Shown: piece after piece, positions 1-10,625 of the stretch
Numbering within the stretch: position 1 is the first letter of the stretch
How the letters are laid out: every line of letters starts with the position of its first letter
Program-made: the position numbers and the translations under genes
Notes under the pieces: model-generated
What the model was told of the DNA's origin: nothing
Databases searched by the model: none
What the model saw: the letters and a program-made list of their open reading frames with translations, nothing else
From: Balanoglossus misakiensis
Taxonomy: Eukaryota > Animalia > Hemichordata
Assembly: GCA_040954595.2 (NCBI GenBank)
Contig: CM082594.2
Coordinates: forward strand, 5,193,319-5,257,318
Direction: 5' to 3'
Length of the DNA stretch: 64,000 bases

Positions 1-27
1 TATCACTCAAGCACTGCGTAGTCTGAA

Positions 28-1196
28 CACAGGGAACTCAGTAATTTTGTTATTGTTATTGTTGTTGTTGTTGTTATTGTTGTTGTTGTTGTTGTTGTTG
101 TTAAGATTGGTAATAAAATTTTAAAAAAAATCAATGTGTCATTTCTTGCTATGTTTGTCGATGTTGTAGATAACTGTAAAAAAAAAACCCAACCATAATC
201 GTGGAAAACACGACCTAGGTCGCCGAATGTCACTACCGTCTTACATACAGGCAAGGGTGGAATCCACATGCCCTGGATCTAGGCTCATGGGCCACCTTCA
301 AGGCCCTGAAAAATCACCCCATTCACCAGCGAGCGATTAAATTATGCCACCATAGGCATTGAAATTTATCTCACTGACCTAATTTGGGCTTCACTTCATC
401 TATCGACCTGCAAACGAGTGGAAAAACGGCGATTTCCAAGTCGTACCCAGTCAAATTCAATCACATTTGAATGACGCGACCGGTGGTGATGGCTCCATTT
501 CTCTGCCTATTTAAATTGACCAATCGGGCGCCCTGTAAAGGCTGCCTCGGCCACCGCTCAACTCGTACGAGCAACACCCGGAAGTGTACGTTCTGACTAT
601 CGACTGCACTGTATTCAAGACGTAAAATGGTAGATTTTATGACAAAGTTGGGAAGTATCCATTTATCTGTATGACTCTTAAGGTTTCGCCTCCTTTTTTT
701 CGCGTTATTTTGAACGCAGTTACACGTACTCGTACGAGTTGAGCGGTGGCCGAGGCAGCCTTTACAGGGCGCCCGATTGGTCAATTTAAATAGGCAGAGA
801 AATGGAGCCATCACCACCGGTCGCGTCATTCAAATGTGATTGAATTTGACTGGGTACGACTTGGAAATCGCCGTTTTTCCACTCGTTTGCAGGTCGATAG
901 ATGAAGTGAAGCCCAAATTAGGTGAGTGAGATAAATTTCAATGCCTATGGTGGCATAATTTAATCGCTCGCTGGTGAATGGGGTGATTTTTCAGGGCCTT
1001 GAAGGTGGCCCATGAGCCTAGATCCAGGGCATGTGGATTCCACCCTTGCCTGTATGTAAGACGGTAGTGACATTCGGCGACCTAGGTCGTGTTTTCCACG
1101 ATTATGGTTGGTTTTTTTTTTACAGTTATCTACAACATCGACAAACATAGCAAGAAATGACACATTGATTTTTTTTAAAATTTTATTACCAATCTT

Positions 1197-1256
<60 letters not shown>

Positions 1257-1301
1257 AACAACAACAATAATAACAATAACAAAATTACTGAGTTCCCTGT
1301 G
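28..1301. mobile_element. Non-autonomous foldback DNA transposon with ~545-570 bp TIRs and 7-bp TSD (Galileo/P-superfamily-like)
   Basis: 28-571 is the near-perfect reverse complement of 729-1301, differing mainly in (GTT/AAC)n length. The spacer is 572-728. Termini are CACAGGG...CCCTGTG, flanked by the direct repeat GTCTGAA at 21-27 and 1302-1308. Confidence 0.85.
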
Positions 1302-1790
1302 GTCTGAAGGGAATTTCAATGGAGTTGAAAATTGATGGTATCAGGCCAAGCTTGATTTTCTTCACAGGGGACAGATTTTCAGAAAAACAGTATTCCTACA
1401 AACCTCTCAATTCTTACTAATGTTCATGAGTGCAAAGAGTGTTTTTTGAATTAAAGAAAAAAAAAGTGGATTTTCACCATCTTGGTTTCATAACACAATG
1501 ACATTGGAAAGTAACTATTGAACTGACATCTGTAATACCTACCGTAGGCCAGGCCAGTTTAGATTGCGTCCAAAATTCTTGCTTCATGGAAACAAAGGAA
1601 AAACCGCAAAACATACAGCCACGCGTGACCTCTGACCCTCCGCCACTCTCCTCCCCACTTTCCGCCATCTTTGTTGGTGAGCTGAAATCAAGTGTATTTG
1701 GTAAAATTTAGATAAATATTCATCACATTTTTTACTGCTGAAGTCTCAGAACCTGAAACAGTGATGCAGTGGAAACTCCATTAATTAACC

Positions 1791-1822
1791 CATAGACCCT
1801 AGGTCTTTCTCTAGGGTCTATG
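1791..1822. mobile_element. 32-bp mini-MITE, P-element-like (CATAGA termini, 7-bp TSD)
   Basis: CATAGACCCTAG (1791-1802) and CTAGGGTCTATG (1811-1822) form a perfect inverted repeat, flanked by ATTAACC at 1784-1790 and 1823-1829. Confidence 0.65.
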
Positions 1823-3737
1823 ATTAACCTATGATTAACCCTACTTTATTGAATGTGTTCACTCATAGAAAAACTGTTGGTGAAAAATGCTGGCTGGCGT
1901 AATGTTGATTACAGACAGTATTTAATTAAAAACTAATTTACATATGTAATTTTGCAATTATGGCTACATCATTCTGTAGAATTTATTGTACCAATCTTGA
2001 TGAAATATACATTGAGCAACTTGAATTCTATGAATCATGTGTAATGTACATTACCAGGCCCTTTCTCGGTTGGTATCATTATTTTTATAGGGGTGGCTAC
2101 CTTCCAAATGGGGGTGAAAAACATTGAGTGCTCTTGCACACAACACACAACAGCAGCTTATCAACACACCCTTAGGCTGTATGCATAATAACGGTTTTGT
2201 TGAAAGCCGAATTCAAATGCAGATCAGAATTGAACAATAACGTTGGTCAATGCACCCGCACAGGCCATCATGACACTGGTTGGATTACACACTGTATAGA
2301 TATCACAGAACAAAAAGTCAGAATATTGCTAGCAGTATTTTTTTTTTTCATTTCGTAATTTCCAACAGAGAATATTCTATTAATAGCCAACGCATATTCT
2401 GTCACTCAGTACTTATCAGTGAGGGATACTGAAAACTTGAAACATTTTCCTGTATTGGACACGTGTTGATTTCTAGAGAAAACAAACATCTTTTATTTTC
2501 CCATTGCGATATTATCATCAACAACAGCAAGATTCCTCTGTTCCCTGTGCTAGCATATACATCTACATATGAAACCATTGATAAAATTGAAACAGTGAAT
2601 AAAAATGAACATTTCGCAAGCTATATCTGCCCCCACTACAATAAGCAACCCTACCGACCCTTGGTCGTTTGTAAACATGTGTTTGTCTTTGATGATGAAT
2701 GGGACCTTGAAATGTCCAAAACGACCAGCACGGGACAGCCGATGGTTGATCGCAATCTGCTGACTGCCGACAATACATTTCATTTTTTTTTTTGAACACA
2801 GCTTATTCCAATGTTTTCAACATTGGATCACGCATACTTTGGTACTCGGATCCTCTCTAGTAAACTTAGTAAACTGGACTCACCCAAACAGTCCTGGCTT
2901 CTTGGTTTCCATGCCTACACAAGCTGAAGCCGGGTCGATCGGAAGTTAATAACAGAACTATATCAACATCAAAACGTCGCTATAGTAGTTCACCAGTTAC
3001 CTGGTTACCTCAGGAGTTCTTGGACCCAAGATTTAATTGATGTACCAAACTACAATACATCTACAGACCCAAGATTTAATTGATGTAGTACCATACTGTA
3101 CAGTTCCCAGTCTCTCGGAGATGCTTTGGTGCAGGGACCTTGGGCCGCGCGCGCGTTCGGCGTACAACGCGTTCTGCGCGCGCCCCTTGGTCTCATGGCG
3201 CCCTCTATAGTCGCAAAAATAAAAACCGGAAGAGTGGATGTCGCATAAACAAGAGAGAAATTCCCGTCACTTTTGGTCGTGTGCATCTGCGGAAGACAGG
3301 CAAGTCATTATTTATACCTCTTCCCTAGGATAACATTGTATGATAAGAGTATATTTTCTTAGACAATGTTAACACAGACATTTGGTGAACTGCACGGCCG
3401 GAGCACTGGTTTTCTGTCCGATTTTTGGCGTCTACGAAATTTAAACGCAGGGTGCATTCTTGCAACAGATACATCACGTACATGAGCCTGGAAGCTCCCA
3501 TCATATTGACCAGCAGCAAACACTATTTCGCATTTGGTAGCCATATCACAGATAAATGCAGTCGCTCAAGTCAAACTAAAGTTCGCGGAGGTGGGGTGGA
3601 CAGGAGGGGGAGGGGCTAAGAGCAGACTCAAAATTTTGTTTTAGGATGCGGCTCACTATACAGGAGGATGTTTTAGGAATTGTAGTTTTCTGTCAATTAA
3701 TCCCTAAAAGTTCATTATAAGAGGAAGTTAAGTCAAA

Positions 3738-4005
3738 GACTTTTACATATACTTTTCATGTGAATATATGAACTTCCCTATTTCATTTAAATCAACAAAA
3801 CTTGACTTTTAGTATACTCATTTCATGTGAATATATGAACTTCCCTATTTCATTTAAATCAACAAAACTTGACTTTTAGTATACTCATTTCATGTGAATA
3901 TATGAACTTCCCCTTTTTCATTTAAATCAACAAAACTTGACTTTTAGTATAGTACACATTTCATGTGAATATATGAACTTCCCTTTTTCATTTAAATCAA
4001 CAAAA
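3738..4005. repeat. Tandem repeat, ~67-bp unit, ~4 copies
   Basis: TTTCATGTGAATATATGAACTTCCC... recurs at 3754, 3821, 3888 and 3959. Confidence 0.9.
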
Positions 4006-4087
4006 AACTTTTTTTATTCCTCTTACTGTGCAGCTTACAAGGAATGAAATGCTAAGGTGATACTGGTCGGTGATCCACTCAGAAACT

Positions 4088-7000
4088 ATGTCCTGTCAAA
4101 CAGTAGGCCACATTTTCCTGTTTGTGACGCTGATCTGGATATTTGTTGACATCCAAAAAGTTGGCCTCTCGCACGGACAGACTACTGACGATGATGTTAG
4201 TGACGAACAAGAGAATATTGATACTGAATTTCTGCAAGCAGTCTTTGGAGGGCTTGGTAAAGACATTTAACCTTTTTCTCTAACTGTACATTTTTTGTGT
4301 TGATTACATGTATGTCAAAACTTTTGTATACGTCATAAAGCTTTATTTTGTATCCTTGGTGCTTTTTTCACTTCTGTCTATAATAGTCACTTTTGGTGTC
4401 AGGGTCATAGCAGTATAAATTTAGAGAAGTAATGTTCTTGAATCGTCTGACCAGGATAATGATTTCCTTGTAATATAGAGTTAGAAATAGTGTAAGAAAT
4501 AGTGAAACCCTATTATAGGCATTGATAGTTACATTTTGTACATTTGTTCAACTATATCTTGTGTGCTGTGTCATTCCTTCCGTGTACATTTCAAATAAGT
4601 TGAAATATGTGAATCTTGTTTTCTCTGAAATGTTGTTGGCTGAAGAGGAAACTTTCAAATGTAAGGGTATGTATAGATAGATGTGATTGTGATACATTTC
4701 CTTTGCAAACCTCTGTAGGTCCTGTGATGAACCCACCTGATGTCAAAGATGAAAGTGAAATAAACTCATTGCCCAGTGACAAAACGCCCGAACAAATCCA
4801 CATTTCATACGGTGGCCAACCGTCAGAGATGATCGTGATGTGGTCAACGGCTGTACCGGCTTCCTCGGTTGTGTGGTATGGACTTGCGCCCGATAACTAC
4901 ACCCTGAAGTCCACTGGAGAATATGTCCACTTCACACTTGGTAACCCAGATGGTTTGCAGTATGTACACAGAGTTTTGTTGACTGTAAGTTATAGTTACA
5001 AACAGTGATATCATATAAATGATTAATGATGTGTATTGGCTGTTATTAAAGGTACACAGTCAGTCACCTATGCAAATTTAGCCACAGCTACCATGGAAAG
5101 TTTAGATCCAGCCAATCAAAGATTTTCAGATGACCCTCCTTTTTGAAGTAATTAACGTAATTTTTTTATATCTTTGTTCAACGTCAGGGTTTGATACCAG
5201 GAAGAAACTACTCATACAAAGTTGAGAGTGATGACAAGCATAGTGATGGTTTCGTCATGACAACCATGATAGAAGGAGAGGTAAGCCAATATGACCATTG
5301 TCCTCCCATTCTATTCTTTTCTTTCAACATTTGGCCACCACTGATAGTAAATCAACTGATTGATATTGATTGGATACATGTGTGAACTGATTTGTTGAGT
5401 GGAAAAGGAGTTATAGCTTGTACAGTACAGTGAAACCTGTCTATTAAGGACACCTCTGGGACCAGAAATATGTCCTTTATAGAGAGGTGTCCTGATTAGA
5501 AAGACGTCTGTGATGACAAGTTTCATTGTGTATATACTAGTACTTCCTATCCTATTGTTACACACTATCATTTCTCTGTTGACAGGACTGGTCTCCATTG
5601 CTGTTAGTGTATGGTGACATGGGTCGTAGAGGAGGAGCCCCCTGTCTGAAGTTACTGACTGAGGAATCATTATCAGGGAATGTGGATGCCATAGTACATG
5701 TTGGTGATTTTGCGTATGACATGCATGATGAAGGTGGAAAGGTTAGTGATAGTCTGGAAGTTTAGTGTCGTAACAAAGAAATGCCAATGCTTGTGTGAAA
5801 AAGTGCCAAGACCTGAAGCAACTTGTGTTGTCAGGTTATAGTTTCATCTAGTACCAGTACATTAAAACAACTAAAGAGAATTTCATGTTTTATTCTGTGT
5901 ACAGGTTGGCGATGATTTCATGAATCGTATCCAGACCATGGCAACAAGGGTCCCATACATGACGGTTGTTGGAAATCACGGTAATCAGCTATCCTATTCA
6001 ATATACATTTTAGAATGACAACCCTTATTTCTCCATGCTTCAAAATTTATCAACTGCTTTTAAACAAATTTGGACGGTATTTGATTGACCAGACCAGTAC
6101 GTTTCTATGGAGACTGAGAAGATTACCGGAACCTACATGTGGTGGAAATAATTAAACAAAACTCTATTGTTTTCTTCTACAGAAATTGCAAATTATTTCA
6201 GCCACTACAGGTATAGATTTTCAATGCCCAATGTGGCATGGCCTATCCCAGAAGACAAAATGTGGTATAGCTTTAACATGGGAAAAGCTCATTTTATTAG
6301 GTAAGTTGACTAAAGTTAGGACTTTCATGTTCCAGGTATAACCCTATCGCCCACCAACTCCTAGTGTTTGAGTCCACCCATAAATATGGGATTGTAGCAA
6401 ATGTTGGTCGAAAGGTTTATTATAATTTCAAATAAAATTTTCCTGAATATTTCACACTGTAATCTTTGCTTGTTTTTGTCTGACGGCAGTTATTCAACAG
6501 AAGTCTATTTCACCGATGGACCAATAGAGAGACAGCACCAGTGGCTACTGCAGGACCTGCAAGAAGCCAATGAACCGGCGAACCGTGCAAAGCGCCCATG
6601 GATTATAGCCATGGGCCACAGACCAATGTATTGCTCGAATACCGATAATGACGACTGCACCCGTCGAGACTCCATAGTCAGGGCCAGGTATGTTGCATGT
6701 GTTCTTTTGCTTTTATCTCGGTGAAAATGACTGGGTTTAGTCATTTGTCCCTTTGCAGCCTCTAACAGAATAAATTGAACAGCATTTAGATAATACTGAA
6801 GGTGATAGTGAGGGCAGTATCATGAATTGTAGCCTGCACTCTCTGACCATAATATTAATCTTCAGAGTGACAAGTTGATGAGCCATGGACTAGTTCCACG
6901 AAACTATTTCCATGGTCCACACCAGAATTATGTAAACCTCTTTCTTTACCTTCTGTGTGTTGTGTTTAGCTACATGCATATCTCTGGTGAAATTAAGTTC

Positions 7001-9181
7001 AATGCTAACTTTCAATTTTAAAAACTTTAATCATATAGTGTTTATCATGTACATATGGTTTGAACTCATCTGGGTATAGAAAGCATATGACAAAATAATG
7101 CGGCCGGGCACAATTTAAAAATTAGTGTATTTTATTTTCTTCTTAGTTCCCTGTAGTTATCCAGCTTATTTCTTTTTCACAGCCTTGAGGATTTGTTCTT
7201 CGATCAAGGTGTCGATGTCATCATAGAGGCCCACGAACACTCATATGAGAGACTGTGGCCGGTGTATAAAGAAAAAACATTCGCAGAGCACTACGTCAAT
7301 CCGAGAGCTCCTATGCACATCATAAGCGGCGCAGCAGGATGTAACGAATTTGATGGTGTGTGCGTAAATGCAATTGTTGGTCGGAGAGGTAAGAGTTTTC
7401 TCTGTCCGTACTCATCCACACATTTCTTCTTTATTCCAATAGCCGTAATTTCATCAGCAAATTTGTCGTGTTTAGCAAGTCGTTGAGTATTACCCAGGGG
7501 ATGGCACCGAAATGAAACCTCGCACAGAGATCTAGTGCAGATGTGTTATTCTAGTTTGAAAGTGAGATGCGCGGGTTATGTAACGAATTTGATGGTGTGT
7601 GCGTGAATGCAATTGTTGGTCGGAGAGGTAAGAGTTTTCTCTGTCCGTACTCATCCACACATTTTTATTTTTTATTTTTTTTATTTCTATGATGCATCCT
7701 TGGCAAACACGGAAAGTATAACTACATAGGGTAGGATGACTGAAACAGGTGCAAATCACCTATACAAAATGGCAGCCTAGATACAACATCTGTGATAGAG
7801 TCTAGACAAAGGTCCAGCTGTTAAAACTATCCGTGAATGTGCGGTTACAATATCAGAAAACCATCAGAGCTGTGAAACTAAACCTATCTTTATAATGTAG
7901 AGTCAAGCAGACATCAATGAAACTCAGACAGGCAGCTCACCATAGCAGATCCACAGCCCACTAGATCATTCAGTACACGTTCAAAATAATGAGGAATTTT
8001 GTCTCGTATGCATGCAAAATGGCACACATGCTTGATAAATATATCGCAGCTTATAAATATAATCTATTGCCAGACTGGGTGGCCTAGCCTGCAGCAGCCG
8101 GTGCTATTCTTATCTATGGACACTGTGTCAATGATCAGCCAACCACAAATTTATCATATTGCTTTTCCTGTGTCCTTTTTATCAAAACTTTAATATTTTT
8201 GTTAATCTGTCCATCAAAAATGGGGGATATCCTGAAAGATGGGCTTTGACTGTTCATGTATTAAAGTAACCCTCATACCTGAGTTCTGGAAATGGCATGC
8301 TTTTTCCAGTCCGACACCAAAGTTACCTGTCTCTAAGTACATATGTAATTTCAAATACATATTCTAGTGGTTCAGGGAATTTCTAACTATACACAGTCAC
8401 CTATGAAAATTTGATCACAGTTACCATGGAAAGTTGAGATCCAGCCAATGACAGATTTCTGCGGGTTGTCAACAAGAAAAAAAGGGCATCACCAAACGGC
8501 CGGTCCATTTGAAGACAGATGTTCTAACCATATGTGGTCATGTGTAAATTAACCCTAATGCTACTGGGTGTCAAGTCCCTTAAAATACGTATTTGCCACT
8601 TTTTCTTCTAAAACGTATTTTAACTGTCTTGACATGGCTCTCATACGTACTTAGACACACTTGGCAGTCTGAGCCCCCTGCACTGGTTTGTACTGTATTG
8701 GTCTGAGGGTCTTGTATAGGCCCTACTGATTAACATGCACTAGGGAGTCTAACAGGCCTGGGAGCCAGGATTCTAGGCACCCTGGAAATCAAACCAGTTT
8801 CAACTAACTTGGGCAGCGTTAGGGTTTTAAGGGTGATTGCATACCTTCAAATGTGACCAGGGATCTGACAACCTCGTTGGTTTGTTCACTTCAGGTGACT
8901 GGTCAGCATTCCGGGCGTGGCTGCCGGGCCTCTACGGCTTTGGGCGACTGAACATTGTCAACGCCACTCACATACATTGGGAACAAGTGGTTGCCCTCAA
9001 TGGGCAAGTCCTTGATTCGGTGTGGATCGAACAAAACCACCACGGGCCGTTTGAAATGTCCGAAGAAGAAGAAAAAGAACTGCAAAAAGAAATACTTGAA
9101 AAAGAAGAAGAAGAAACCAACTGGTTGTCTGAGTGGTTGGGGGATAACTTTAATGAAGATGGCGACACTGTGGAAATATAA
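4088..9181 (+). CDS. ACP7: Purple acid phosphatase, acid phosphatase type 7-like (secreted metallophosphoesterase)
   Basis: Nine GT-AG coding exons with compatible phases: 4088-4256, 4719-4984, 5188-5280, 5586-5741, 5905-5980, 6183-6300, 6490-6687, 7183-7388, 8895-9181. It has a signal-peptide-like N-terminus, a PAP N-domain (PEQIHIS...W) and the metal-ligand motifs GDMG, GDFAY, GNHE, GHRP and AHEH. Confidence 0.92.
5046..5130 (+). mobile_element. Dispersed repeat fragment (TTAAAGG start, Kolobok-like MITE); related copies at ~8388-8460 (+) and ~9455-9625 (-)
   Basis: A shared core CAGTCACCTATG...TACCATGGAAAGT...ATCCAGCCAAT occurs in three places. The TTAA-AGG terminus resembles Kolobok ends. 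Confidence 0.5.
7578..7664 (+). repeat. 87-bp local duplication of an ACP7 exon 3' end plus its splice donor
   Basis: Near-identical to 7339-7425, including AGAG/GTAAGAG. Confidence 0.9.
8553..8824. mobile_element. piggyBac-like MITE (CCCTAATGCT...AGCGTTAGGG)
   Basis: TTAA precedes the CCCT terminus and there is an imperfect 10-bp TIR. The right flank reads TTTTAA. Confidence 0.5.
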
Positions 9182-10625
9182 TACAATATTATGATACAAT
9201 ACCAACCGTGAACTATCATTAATTTCGGCCCATGACATCACATCTAATTTGCATACTGGAAAAACATTAATTTTTGCTGGGATTTCATTTAGGTGTTTTG
9301 ATGTTTGGGGCACATTCACTAGGTTTCAAGTTCATGAATTCAGCTATAAAGCTATGAATTCTATTGTAATTTTATATTTTCACTGGGGTTTAATTTAACA
9401 GATTTTATCAATCGGCAAAAATAATGAAATTACAACCCAGTGGAATATTAAATGGTTAAAGGAGGGTTTCCAAGTCTTCTGATGACCATACTTTTTGCAT
9501 GGCCACCCAATGAAAATCTGTGATTGGCTAGAACTCCACATTCCATGGTAACTTTCTAAATTTCCACAGATGAGTCACCAACGAAAATTCAGCCAAGTGA
9601 AGTCACTGTGGCTGTATTCCTTTGACTCAGACGTTCAAATTCTGAATGATACTTGTGATTATCAGTGATTGCTTGTCATGATAATACACCAGTATTTCTC
9701 GTCAAATTTCATTGTTTTGTGCTCTGGTGTGAAAAGGTTAAACTTGAGGGCCATGTCTTTAGAGGTCCAACTTTACCATAGCAAAACAATGGATTTGGAC
9801 TTGACCATATAGTGGTCAAAGGGTTAAAGCAGTGAAACTGGCAATCACAGTAAAGGATAAAGTACTACGTGTTATGAAGAGTAATTTCCAGTGATGTCAT
9901 ATTATTACATGTATATAATGTCTGGTGTTTCTAACATTGAGTACCAGTACTTTCTCCACAAATGAAAGACAGAGGCTTTACTTTATTTTGTAGACAAATG
10001 TTTATTTTATTGTTTCCGCAATCCAATATAGCTGACAGAGTATGTGTACTTTCATGGGTGGACCAAAAAATCGGGTAATCTCAGTGTTTGTAATCCATGT
10101 GTAAGAATAAGTTTAATTTAAAAAAAGGCTATGTACATTTTCAGACCTTTATGGCAAAGTTGCAGGAGGAATATCAGAATACCATCAGTGCACGTCATAT
10201 ACCACTAATACTTGGATTTAAATTAATTAAGAGAGAATTTGAAAGTTGCAATAAAATGATTCCAATAACTCAGGTTTCCACTACCAGTATAGCTTGGAAG
10301 CTGGGTAATCGTACATAGAACTGGCTGGACAGAATTCTGTCAAAGTTTCTGGAAGGATATACAAAATTCACTGCAGAACCCAGCCCCATCCAAACTATGC
10401 ATCCAAGTGTTAAAATATATAAAAACATTTAAGCTGCTTATGAATTCAATAAGTATGTATAAAAACAATTTCTCATCTGAAACAAAACTAATACCATCAA
10501 AATATTCTTTTACATGAATTCTTTCAACACCAATATCTGGTACAGCTCTATAAGTTTCAGTCCTATTTTGGACTTGCGTTCATAGGGGATTCTTAAACTT
10601 GCAAAGTTCAGGCGATATTATATGC

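Noticed and set aside
3-1335. Poly-Thr and poly-Val ORFs, and mirrored ORFs on both strands
   Set aside because: They are by-products of the (GTT)n microsatellite and the palindromic arms of the foldback element.
2690-2765. C/D box snoRNA candidate (ATGATGA...CTGA)
   Set aside because: There is no convincing terminal stem, no recognisable rRNA-complementary guide, and it is not in an identified host intron.
9990-10260. Overlapping 3'UTRs of the convergent ACP7 and Rab genes
   Set aside because: Opposing AATAAA signals exist (~10003 on -, ~10250 on +), but an earlier ATTAAA at ~9447 could end ACP7. This cannot be decided from sequence.
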